Of a DNA stretch of 64,000 nt, positions 17,244 to 25,810 are shown piece after piece (position 1 is the first letter of the stretch; every line of letters starts with the position of its first letter). The stretch spans positions 8,455-72,454 of the forward strand of contig JANXXE010000210.1 in assembly GCA_025350815.1 (NCBI GenBank). Direction: 5' to 3'. The translations under genes and the position numbers were made by a program. This DNA comes from Myxococcales bacterium. Its GTDB lineage: Bacteria; Myxococcota_A; Polyangia; Fen-1088. The notes below the pieces were generated by a model. The model was given only the letters and a program-made list of their open reading frames with translations. It was not told the DNA's origin and did no database searches.

Positions 17244-18821
17244 GTGCTAGTTTCGGCGGCGTTGGATTCCACGCCAGCGACCGAGCCTCTTACGGCACCC
17301 GCCGCCGAAGCAGCTGCGGCCACCCGCCGCGCTGACGCCAACCACGCCGCACGGGGCGGGCTGGTGCAGTTGCTGGGCATCATCGCCCAGGGCCTGATGC
17401 CGGTGTACTACGCCGTGGTCAAGCGACTGTTCGGTCCGACCATCTTCGGGTATTACGCGTCGACCTTCGCGATCACCGAGGTGCTGACCCGCCTCGGCGT
17501 CTGCGGGGCTGACCGGGGCATGTACCGGTTCGTGGCGGCCCACCGCGCGGCGGGTGAAACGGACCTGGAAAGGCGGGCCCTCGGGACGGGCCTGCGTCTG
17601 GCGGGCGCGGTGACCGGCGTCATCGTCGTGGCGCTGGTGGTCCTGGCCGGCCCGCTCGGTCGCTGGATGGGTCGCCCGACGCTGAGTTCGACCCTGCCCT
17701 TCATGGCGCCGGTCGTGACCACGGCCGCGCTGATGTTCATCCTTGTGGCGGCCACGCTGGCCCGCAAAGTTACCAGCGTCAGCTTCTTCGTCCGCGGGTT
17801 GATCGAGCCGGGGATGCTGCTGGTGGCGGCGACCACGGCGTATCTGCTGGGCGCGGGCACACGCGGGCTGGCCGTCGCGCATGGCGTGGCGTATGTCCTG
17901 ACCGCAGCGGCCGCAGTGATCGGCGCGGCGCGGGTTTTTGGGGGGCGGACTCTCCTCAAAGCCCTGCGCAGCCCGCCCCATCCACAGTTTGCGCGATTCA
18001 CCCTGCCCCTGGCGCTGTCCGACGGTGCCAATACTCTGTTCCAGCGGGTCGACATGCTGGTCATGCCGCTGTATGTGGATCCCAAGGCCATTGCCGCCTA
18101 CTTCGTCGCGGAAGTCGCGGGCCGCGTCTCCGCGAACATCCGCTACGCCTTCGACGGAATCGCCGCGCCCCTTTTGTCCGAAGCTCTCGCCCTTCGGGAT
18201 CACGATCGGCTGCGCTACAACCTGCGCCTGCTGACCCGCTGGGTGACGACACTGTCATTGCCGATCGCAACCACGATGATCGCCCTGCGCGAATTTGTTC
18301 TGCTGATGTTCGGCCGCGATACCCTGGTCGCAAGTTCGGTCCTGGTCCTGGCGACGACGGGGCATCTGCTGTCGGGCACACTGGGTCTGGGCGGTCAGGT
18401 GCTGATGATGGCCGGCCGTTCGCGCGTGGTCCTCGCCAACCAGGTGGGCTCGACGGCGCTGAATTTCATTCTGTGCCTGCTGCTGGTGCCACGCTTCGGG
18501 ATCAATGGCGCGGCCATCTCGGTGCTGGCGTGCCTGACGACGATGATGGTCGCGATGGTCATCGAGGTCTGGGTGCTGGAACGCGTGCATCCCTTTCATG
18601 CCGCCCTGCTGAAGCCCGTTGGGGCCGCGGCGGCGACCCTGGCCGTCCAGTTGATAGCCGTGCGGATGCTTCCGTCGCTGGTTGGGGCGATCGTCGCGCT
18701 GCTGGGCGGCGTCCTGACCTACGTCGGCGTGTTGCTTTTATTGGGGCTCGCCCGGGAAGAACGTGACGTCGTCAAGCAGGCCGTCACCCGAGTGCGCGGC
18801 ATCCTCGGTCGCGCCCGCTAG
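17244..18821 (+). CDS. Polysaccharide/oligosaccharide flippase family protein (Wzx/MurJ-like MOP superfamily)
   Basis: About 12-14 predicted TM helices; the 'GLMPVYYAVVKRLFG' N-terminal region is typical of the PST/MOP family. GTG start. Confidence 0.6.
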   Translation: MLVSAALDSTPATEPLTAPAAEAAAATRRADANHAARGGLVQLLGIIAQGLMPVYYAVVKRLFGPTIFGYYASTFAITEVLTRLGVCGADRGMYRFVAAHRAAGETDLERRALGTGLRLAGAVTGVIVVALVVLAGPLGRWMGRPTLSSTLPFMAPVVTTAALMFILVAATLARKVTSVSFFVRGLIEPGMLLVAATTAYLLGAGTRGLAVAHGVAYVLTAAAAVIGAARVFGGRTLLKALRSPPHPQFARFTLPLALSDGANTLFQRVDMLVMPLYVDPKAIAAYFVAEVAGRVSANIRYAFDGIAAPLLSEALALRDHDRLRYNLRLLTRWVTTLSLPIATTMIALREFVLLMFGRDTLVASSVLVLATTGHLLSGTLGLGGQVLMMAGRSRVVLANQVGSTALNFILCLLLVPRFGINGAAISVLACLTTMMVAMVIEVWVLERVHPFHAALLKPVGAAAATLAVQLIAVRMLPSLVGAIVALLGGVLTYVGVLLLLGLAREERDVVKQAVTRVRGILGRAR

Positions 18822-18863
18822 ACGGCGTGCCATGGCCGTGCGCCGGGTGTAAAGTTCGCCCCC

Positions 18864-19274
18864 ATGTCGTCAAAGACCATCGCCATCGCCCTCATGGATC
18901 CGCCGTACGAGTCAGAGAACCTGACGACGGCCTTCCGCATCCTGGACGTCCTCGCGCGGCGCGGACACAACATCAATGTGTTCGCCTACGAAGGCGCGGC
19001 CGGTCTGGCGTTCGCAAAGCAGGCGGCGCACCCGAACCCCGTGCACGGAAAAAATCTGGCCGAGGAAAACCACCCGACGACCAAGGATCAGGTCGCGGCG
19101 CTGCTGGCGGTGGCCGAGAAGAACGGCGGCAAGGTCGACTGGGTCAACTGCGGAATGTGCGTTGACGAGCGCGGCGTGGGCGAATTCGTGGCCGGCACGC
19201 GGCGTGGGTCGCCCGCCGATTTCCACAATTTTTGCGAAGCGTCCGACAACGTCCTGGTCATTCCGACCAAATAA
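18864..19274 (+). CDS. DsrE/TusD-like sulfur-relay family protein
   Basis: 'IAIALMDPPYESE' N-terminus and the 'NCGMCVDERGV' Cys motif typical of DsrE/TusD. Confidence 0.6.
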   Translation: MSSKTIAIALMDPPYESENLTTAFRILDVLARRGHNINVFAYEGAAGLAFAKQAAHPNPVHGKNLAEENHPTTKDQVAALLAVAEKNGGKVDWVNCGMCVDERGVGEFVAGTRRGSPADFHNFCEASDNVLVIPTK

Positions 19275-19284
19275 AGGATCCCCC

Positions 19285-19674
19285 ATGGCCAAGAAGACGC
19301 TGAACATCGTTGAATCCGCCTACCGCGCCGTCATGGAAGAACAGGACGACACCATCATGTGGGTGCTGGCCGCCATGCAGGGCGCCGGCGCCACGCACAC
19401 CGTCGTGCTGCGCGGAAACGCCGTCAACTACGCCGTCGCCGGCCAGGGCGCGCCCGCGCTGTCCGTCGGTGACTGGCGGCAGTCGAACGCGCCGCGCATG
19501 GATCAGGATGTCGTCGACCTGGTCGACAAGCGCAAGATCCCCGTCTTCGTCATCGAAGAAGATCTGGCCCTGCGCGGAATCGACCACGCCGAACTGGTTC
19601 CACAGGTCCGCCTGCTCAGCGTGAAAGTGCTGCCGCAACTGATGGCCGAATACCAGATCGTTTCGCACTGGTAG
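19285..19674 (+). CDS. DsrF/TusC-like family protein
   Basis: About 129 aa paralogous fold ('VFVIEEDLALRGI'). 10 nt downstream of the DsrE-like gene, with 'AAGGA' SD. Confidence 0.5.
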   Translation: MAKKTLNIVESAYRAVMEEQDDTIMWVLAAMQGAGATHTVVLRGNAVNYAVAGQGAPALSVGDWRQSNAPRMDQDVVDLVDKRKIPVFVIEEDLALRGIDHAELVPQVRLLSVKVLPQLMAEYQIVSHW

Positions 19675-19776
19675 GCCGCGCAGCGGGGATTCAGCCGCAA
19701 ATAGTAATTGTTATCAGTTAGTTGGACACTTGTAAGTCAGACTGACAATCGTCCGGACGGCTGCTAGACTCAGCCT

Positions 19777-20955
19777 ATGCCGTCAAAGCGTCTTCTCGCG
19801 CCCATTCTGGTGCATCGCGCTGCCACTTCCCCTGTGGTGGTGGTAACGGGGCCGCGACAATCGGGCAAGACGACCCTGGTGCGGACGACGTTCGCGGATC
19901 GGCCCTACGCCAATCTCGAAGCCCTGGACGTACGCGAGCGCGCCATCCGCGATCCGCGGGGGTTCCTGGCGGACTTCCCGGACGGCGCGATCCTGGACGA
20001 GGTGCAGCGGGCGCCCGATCTTCTTTCTTACATCCAGGTCGACGTGGACGGCCGGGCCCACCGGGGACGTTGGATCCTGACCGGCTCGCAGAATCTGATG
20101 CTGCTGTCGGCGGTGTCGCAGTCGCTGGCGGGGCGGGCCAGTCTGCTCGAACTGCTGCCGCTTTCGCTCGGCGAGCTGCGGGCCGCCGGATGGCTGGCTG
20201 AAGATCTGTTCACAGTCCTGTGGCGCGGCGGATTTCCCGCCCCATTTGACCGGGGCGAGTCCCCCGCGGATTGGCTGTCGAGCTACGTGACCACCTACGT
20301 CGAGCGCGACGTGCGACAGATCTTCAATCTGACGGACCTGCTTGCTTTTCAGACCTTCCTCCGCCTTGCCGCAAGCCGCACAGGGCAACTGCTCAATCTG
20401 TCCCAGCTTGGGGCGGACGTCGGCATCACCCACAACACCGCGCGCAGCTGGGTGGGTCTTTTGGAAGCCACCTACGTCGCGGTTCGTGTCCCGCCGTTTT
20501 CGCGCAACATCGGCAAAAGACTGATCAAGACGCCGAAACTACACTTCCTTGACAGCGGCCTTGCTTGCCAACTTCTGGGCATTCGCACACCGCACGAGCT
20601 GAAACTGCATCCCTTGCGCGGGGCCATCTTCGAATCATGGGTGGCGTCCGAGATCATCAAGGCGCACCGGAACGCGGGCCAATCCGCGCGCCTTTCCCAC
20701 TTCCGTGACGCCCACGGAACCGAGGTCGACCTCATGGTCGAACGGGGCGCTGACATTCTCGGCATAGAAACCAAGAGCGGAGCCACGATCGCCCTGGAGG
20801 CGTTTGCTTCCCTGACGACGCTGGCGGCTCTGCTTCCGGCGATGACCGGGCGCTTCGTCGTCCACGGAGGCAGCGAATCGTTCACGACCAGCGCCGGCCG
20901 CGCGGTGGCCTACGCCGCCCTCGACACGATCGACTGCGTGGGCTCCCTGCTGTAG
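19777..20955 (+). CDS. AAA+ ATPase with C-terminal DUF4143 domain
   Basis: Walker A 'GPRQSGKTT'; overall COG1373-type architecture. Confidence 0.75.
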   Translation: MPSKRLLAPILVHRAATSPVVVVTGPRQSGKTTLVRTTFADRPYANLEALDVRERAIRDPRGFLADFPDGAILDEVQRAPDLLSYIQVDVDGRAHRGRWILTGSQNLMLLSAVSQSLAGRASLLELLPLSLGELRAAGWLAEDLFTVLWRGGFPAPFDRGESPADWLSSYVTTYVERDVRQIFNLTDLLAFQTFLRLAASRTGQLLNLSQLGADVGITHNTARSWVGLLEATYVAVRVPPFSRNIGKRLIKTPKLHFLDSGLACQLLGIRTPHELKLHPLRGAIFESWVASEIIKAHRNAGQSARLSHFRDAHGTEVDLMVERGADILGIETKSGATIALEAFASLTTLAALLPAMTGRFVVHGGSESFTTSAGRAVAYAALDTIDCVGSLL

Positions 20956-20972
20956 AAGATAGCCTGCCTTCG

Positions 20973-21656
20973 ATGAAGATCATCTTGTTCGGCGCGACGG
21001 GGATGGTCGGTCAGGGCGTCTTGCGCGAATGCCTGCTGGACCCTGCGGTGGAACGCGTCCTGACCGTCGGGCGCAGGGCCACCGGCGTCCGGCACGACAA
21101 GCTGCGCGAGCTGGTGCACGACGATCTTTTCAACCTCGCACCGGTGGCCGATCAACTGACCGGTTACGACGCCTGCTTCTTCTGCCTGGGCGTATCGTCG
21201 GTGGGGATGAAAGAAGTCGATTACCGGCGCGTCACCGTCGATCTGACCCTGGCCGCGGCACGGATCCTGGTGGCCCAGAACCCCACCATGACGTTCGCCT
21301 TCGTATCGGGCGAGGGGACCGACAGCACCGGGCGGGGCAAGGCGATGTGGGCGCGTGTGAAGGGGCAGGCCGAAAACGGGTTGTTCGCGCTGCCGTTCAA
21401 GGCGGCGTACATGTTCCGGCCGGGCTTCATCCAGCCGCTGCACGGCATCGTCTCGAAGACGCGCCTGTACCGCGTGATCTACGCTGTCTTCGCGCCGCTG
21501 TACCCGCTGCTGAAGCTGCTGTTCCCGCGCTGGATGACGACGACGGAAAATGTCGGCCGCGCGATGATCACGGTCGCCCGGCAAGGGGCGCCCACCCGCT
21601 TCATCGGCAACCGCGAGATCAACGACCTGGCGCGGATCGCCGGGCGCGAGGCTTAG
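20973..21656 (+). CDS. NAD(P)-binding Rossmann-fold protein (atypical SDR/NmrA-like)
   Basis: N-terminal 'ILFGATGMVGQ' glycine motif. Confidence 0.6.
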   Translation: MKIILFGATGMVGQGVLRECLLDPAVERVLTVGRRATGVRHDKLRELVHDDLFNLAPVADQLTGYDACFFCLGVSSVGMKEVDYRRVTVDLTLAAARILVAQNPTMTFAFVSGEGTDSTGRGKAMWARVKGQAENGLFALPFKAAYMFRPGFIQPLHGIVSKTRLYRVIYAVFAPLYPLLKLLFPRWMTTTENVGRAMITVARQGAPTRFIGNREINDLARIAGREA

Positions 21657-21667
21657 CACGCTGAGGC

Positions 21668-22678
21668 CTATCCGATGCGCAGCAACAGGGCCAGGACGAT
21701 GGCCAGCGCCGCATAATGCACCACCACCGACCGCTCGCCGCGTTCGGGGGCGGGGCCCATGGCCGCGCGCGCGCTGGCGGCCACCGCCAGCAAGACCAGC
21801 ATGCCGTCGCCGATGGTCAACACCAGCAGCCACAGCAGACCGGCGATGAAACCACGCTGCCGGCGCGACAGGGCGACGAACGCGCGACCGCCGTCCAGCT
21901 GCCAGACCGGCAACAAGTTGAATAGGTTGATCCACGCCCCCACGTGGGCGGTCGCCTTCCAGCTGGGATGCCCCATCGCCAGGCCACCCGCCAGAAAGAT
22001 CAGCGCCGCAGCCGTGCCCCACAACGGACCGGCCAGGCCGACGCGCGCGTCCTGAAGCGGCGTCGCCGGGTGACTTTTCAGACGCACGAACGCGCCCAGG
22101 CCCGGCACGAACATCGGCGCGGTGGCGGGTATGCCGTAGTGGCGCAGCCACGCGACGTGGCCCATCTCGTGAACATAGATCGACACGATCAGCCCGATCG
22201 CGAACTTCCAGCCGTGCACCGACGTGTACACGCCCAGCGCGAACAGCATCGACAGCAAGGTCTTGGCCTGCGTCAACCCAATCAGCAGGATCTTTCCCTT
22301 GGCCAGAACGAACAGGATCGCCCACTTGAACTTGGCCAGCAGCAGGCCGAAGGTTCCCAGACCGGCCGCCCACTTCGCACCTTGCCCCTTGCCAGTGCCC
22401 GTCGCTGTGGGTTTCGCTGGGCCCGGTTCCGCCGCCAGTGCGCCGATGTTCTGTGTGATGCCCTGGTGCTGCCGTGTTCCCGGCGGCAGAAGTTCCAGCG
22501 CCGATCGCCACAGGCCCACGGCGCGCGGCGCATCGCCGGCGAGGCTTGCGGCTTCGGCCTCGGCAGCCAGTCGCTTCAACTGGTCGGCATGTACAAGCTG
22601 GCCGCAGGCGGGACACGCCAGGAAGGACGGCGGCAGCTGGGTTGCACACGCCGCGCACACCCGGGCGTCGTCGCTCAC
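21668..22678 (-). CDS. M50-family (site-2 protease-like) zinc metalloprotease with N-terminal zinc ribbon
   Basis: HEMGH motif; 'NLLPVWQLDGG' second motif; N-terminal CxxC...CxxC; multiple TM helices. Confidence 0.75.
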   Translation of the reverse strand: MSDDARVCAACATQLPPSFLACPACGQLVHADQLKRLAAEAEAASLAGDAPRAVGLWRSALELLPPGTRQHQGITQNIGALAAEPGPAKPTATGTGKGQGAKWAAGLGTFGLLLAKFKWAILFVLAKGKILLIGLTQAKTLLSMLFALGVYTSVHGWKFAIGLIVSIYVHEMGHVAWLRHYGIPATAPMFVPGLGAFVRLKSHPATPLQDARVGLAGPLWGTAAALIFLAGGLAMGHPSWKATAHVGAWINLFNLLPVWQLDGGRAFVALSRRQRGFIAGLLWLLVLTIGDGMLVLLAVAASARAAMGPAPERGERSVVVHYAALAIVLALLLRIG

Positions 22679-23289
22679 GTTGAACCGGGCGACGCCACGG
22701 TCGCCGGCAACACCGGGTTGCCGATCTGGAAAGGTCCCGTAATGGGGACCCGTCGGTTCAGCTTCCAGGCTTCATAAAGCGCGATGCCAATAATGATGAG
22801 ACCCATCACGTTGCCGGCGAAGAATGGCGCGGCAAACGACAGCGCCAGCACCACCGGAAAGGCCGTTGACCCTGCTCCTGATTGCGCGAGACCCCGCATC
22901 ACGAACGGCAGATAGCTGCTGATGATCGACGTGTACGTCAGGCACATCGCCAAAACCTGGTACTTCCAGCCGCCAAGACCCCGCCCGCCCCGGCGCACGG
23001 CCATGCCCACCAAGACGCCAACACCAACGGCGATAAGACCAATTTCCATGTTGGCCAGCTTGATGATGGCGAACCAGACGACAGTTCCCAGCAGCGCCGC
23101 CACGCCGCCGAACAGCCCAGCGCGCGCGAAGGCCTTTGCGCCGGTGCCGGTCAGGCGCAACCCGTCGCTGCACGACGAACAGACGATGCGCCCGCCCACT
23201 TCGAAATATTGGTCGACTGTGGGGCTGTGGCAGGACACGCAGGTCTTTGCAGGTGCCGCGCTCGCGTATTCCGCCTTGTCGAACTGCAA
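22675..23289 (-). CDS. Membrane protein with N-terminal zinc-ribbon (CxxC...CxxC) and 4 predicted TM helices
   Basis: CVSCHS...CSSCSD followed by hydrophobic helices. Overlaps the M50 gene start (ATGA). Confidence 0.5.
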   Translation of the reverse strand: MQFDKAEYASAAPAKTCVSCHSPTVDQYFEVGGRIVCSSCSDGLRLTGTGAKAFARAGLFGGVAALLGTVVWFAIIKLANMEIGLIAVGVGVLVGMAVRRGGRGLGGWKYQVLAMCLTYTSIISSYLPFVMRGLAQSGAGSTAFPVVLALSFAAPFFAGNVMGLIIIGIALYEAWKLNRRVPITGPFQIGNPVLPATVASPGST

Positions 23290-23296
23290 CGCCGCC

Positions 23297-23959
23297 CTAC
23301 CCGCCGCTCAGCTTCTTCTTCAGCGCAGCGAGGGCGTCTTCGGTGACCGCGGCGCTGCTCATGTCGCGCAGCTTGCGATCCGCCGCAACGGCCTCGGGCG
23401 TCGTACCGGACAGCTCGTCGGTGATTCCGGCTTCGGCCTCGACGGCGTCGATTTTCCCCGACATGCGTTCGAAATCGTCAAACGCCGTCGTCTTGCTGGA
23501 CAGGGCGCTGCCCCCGCGACTGGCGGCGCGCGCCCTTTCGCGCAGGCTGCCCTGGCGCAGTTTCACGTCGCGAACGCGCGCATCCAGCGCTTTCAAGCCA
23601 GCCATCAGCTGTTCCACGTAAACCTTTTGTTCCGAAGCGGCCTTTTCGGCCTCCAACCGGTCGGCATCCTTTTCGGCCTTGCGGCGCAGGGCCTCTTTCG
23701 CCAGCGCATCGTCGCCGGCCTGGACCGCCTTGACGGCGTGGTCTTCCCAGGACTTGGCCTCGGCCGCCAGCGCGTCGACCTTTTTGGCCAGGACCTTTTC
23801 CTGCCCCAGGCACTGCGCCACCTCGGCACGCGCCTGCCGCGCGGAATCCTCCATGTCGCGCACCACCTGATCGATCTCCTTGGCAGGATCCTGCATGGAG
23901 TCGATCAGATCGTTGACGTTCGATTTGATCAGCGTCGATACCCGACCGAGGATTCCCAT
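23297..23959 (-). CDS. pspA: PspA/IM30 family protein (phage shock protein A-like)
   Basis: 'MGILGRVSTLIKSNVNDLIDSMQDPAKEIDQVVRDME' canonical PspA N-terminus; long coiled coil. Confidence 0.85.
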   Translation of the reverse strand: MGILGRVSTLIKSNVNDLIDSMQDPAKEIDQVVRDMEDSARQARAEVAQCLGQEKVLAKKVDALAAEAKSWEDHAVKAVQAGDDALAKEALRRKAEKDADRLEAEKAASEQKVYVEQLMAGLKALDARVRDVKLRQGSLRERARAASRGGSALSSKTTAFDDFERMSGKIDAVEAEAGITDELSGTTPEAVAADRKLRDMSSAAVTEDALAALKKKLSGG

Positions 23960-24056
23960 GGCGTGTTGCGTTCAAGCTTAGCGCCCCCGGCGCGGGCAGA
24001 CCAGAACCATCGCCGCACCCCATCGGCCGGGCTTCGGTGCTACCTTCGGTGCGCGA

Positions 24057-24956
24057 ATGCTGCTGCACGAATTGCAGGGACAGACCCACGCGACCGGCGT
24101 GCTGACGCGTGCACTGGCGTCGGGCCGCGTGCCGCATGCGTACCTGTTCGAGGGGCCGCCGGGCGTGGGCAAGCGGGCCGCTGCTGTCGGACTTGCCCTG
24201 GCGCTTGCCTGTCCGACGGCGCCGCGCGTGGGCTGCGGGATCTGCGACGTGTGCCAGCGCATTCTTGCCGGGAATCACCCGGACGTCCGCGTGATCGTCC
24301 CCGAGACGACGATGATTTTGATCGAGCAGGCCCAGCAGGTGGTGGCACTGGCGGCCGGCCGACCGCACGAGGCCCCCGCGCGGGTCATCATCATCGACCA
24401 GGCCGACCGCATGAACCTTGCCGCCGCCAACTGCTTGCTGAAAACGCTGGAAGAGCCCGCGCCGACGAACCACCTGATCCTGGTGACGTCGGCTCCCGAT
24501 CGCCTGCTGTCCACAATTCGCTCACGCACCCAGCGCGTTCGGTTCGCGCCGGTCGCACTGACCGACGGCGAGCAGGCGCCGTGGGACATGCTGGCCAAAC
24601 TGCGCGCGGCCGCGGCTGACAGCAGCATGGGCGCATCGTTCGAAGCCGCAGCCGCGTTCGGTGACAAAGAATCGAAAGAAGGCCTACCCGAGATGCTGGC
24701 GTTGCTGGGGCGTTTTTACCGCGACGCCGTTGCCACGGCGGTGGGCGCCGACGATCTGGTGTCGTTACCCGCACGCGCAGCCGAAATCGCGTCCGTCGCT
24801 GGCGCCGTCGGTCACGATCCCCGACAGCTGCGCCGGGCCTGCGCGGCGGTCATCGAAGCGCAAGGTGCCCTCGGGGCAAACCTGAATGCGGTCGCCGTGC
24901 TTGAACGTCTGCTGATCGAGATGGGGCCCGCCGAACGGGGGGCAGTCCGCGCATGA
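24057..24956 (+). CDS. holB: DNA polymerase III delta-prime subunit
   Basis: 'HAYLFEGPPGVGK' Walker-like motif, 'CGICDVC' zinc module, 'LKTLEEP' motif. Confidence 0.85.
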   Translation: MLLHELQGQTHATGVLTRALASGRVPHAYLFEGPPGVGKRAAAVGLALALACPTAPRVGCGICDVCQRILAGNHPDVRVIVPETTMILIEQAQQVVALAAGRPHEAPARVIIIDQADRMNLAAANCLLKTLEEPAPTNHLILVTSAPDRLLSTIRSRTQRVRFAPVALTDGEQAPWDMLAKLRAAAADSSMGASFEAAAAFGDKESKEGLPEMLALLGRFYRDAVATAVGADDLVSLPARAAEIASVAGAVGHDPRQLRRACAAVIEAQGALGANLNAVAVLERLLIEMGPAERGAVRA

Positions 24957-25798
24957 AAGAGCCCGCCATTGTCGTCGGCGTGCGTTTCGAGCCCGCCGGC
25001 CGCACCTTCGACTTCGACGCCGCCGGCCTGACCCTGGAATCCGGCGAACTGGTTGTGACCGAGGATCGCGCCGGCGTGGAGATTGGCACGGTGGCGGTGG
25101 CCAGCCGCCGCCGACCCGTGCGCGGTTACATCGGGCGCGTGCTTCGCCGGGCCAACGCCGTCGACACCGAACGCAGGCACGCCCACGACGGCCGCATCCG
25201 CGACGCCCTGGCCTTCGCACGCGAGCGGGCACGCGAGCGATCGCTACCCATCAAGGTGTTTCGCGCCGAGCTACCCTCGGGGGCAGACCGCGCCATGTTC
25301 TATTTCTCGGCCGAGGACCGCGTCGACTTCCGCGAGTTGGTGCGCGATCTGGCGGCGCACCTGCAGACGCGCATCGAGATGCGCCAGGTGGGCGTGCGCG
25401 ACGAGGCCAAGATGGTCGGCGGCATCGGCTCGTGCGGCCTGACCCTGTGTTGCACGACCTTTCTGCCGCGGTTCGCACCGGTTTCGATCAAGATGGCCAA
25501 GGACCAGGGGCTGGCGCTCAACCCGACGAAGGTCTCGGGTCAGTGCGGCCGCCTGAAGTGCTGTCTGGTTTACGAGCAGGCCGCGTACGTCGAGGCCGCG
25601 CGCAAGCTGCCGAAGCTGGGCAAGCGGGTCGAGACACCCGAAGGAACCGGCCGCGTCGACCACCTGGACACGCTCGGCGGCAAGGCGCGCATTAGTTTTC
25701 CCGACAAGCCGCCCATGGTGTTCAACGCCGCCGACCTGCGCTGGGGCGCGACGGAGCAGCCGCGCCCCGACGAGCCTTCCGGCGAAGTTTCGGAGTAA
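24953..25798 (+). CDS. PSP1 C-terminal domain protein (YaaT/RicT homolog)
   Basis: 'CGLTLCC...CGRLKCCL' Cys cluster. Conserved holB-yaaT-metG synteny. Start overlaps the holB stop. Confidence 0.8.
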   Translation: MKEPAIVVGVRFEPAGRTFDFDAAGLTLESGELVVTEDRAGVEIGTVAVASRRRPVRGYIGRVLRRANAVDTERRHAHDGRIRDALAFARERARERSLPIKVFRAELPSGADRAMFYFSAEDRVDFRELVRDLAAHLQTRIEMRQVGVRDEAKMVGGIGSCGLTLCCTTFLPRFAPVSIKMAKDQGLALNPTKVSGQCGRLKCCLVYEQAAYVEAARKLPKLGKRVETPEGTGRVDHLDTLGGKARISFPDKPPMVFNAADLRWGATEQPRPDEPSGEVSE

Positions 25799-25810
25799 CT
25801 TACGCCCGTC

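Noticed and set aside
17247-18203. 318-aa minus-strand ORF inside the flippase gene
   Set aside because: Arg/Gly/His-rich antisense artefact. The plus-strand frame shows a 12-14 TM MOP-family profile.
20910-22658. 582-aa minus-strand ORF spanning the NAD(P)-binding gene and most of the M50 protease gene
   Set aside because: Extremely Arg/Gly/Ala-rich and overlaps two well-supported genes. The M50 protein with HEMGH is in a different frame on the same strand.
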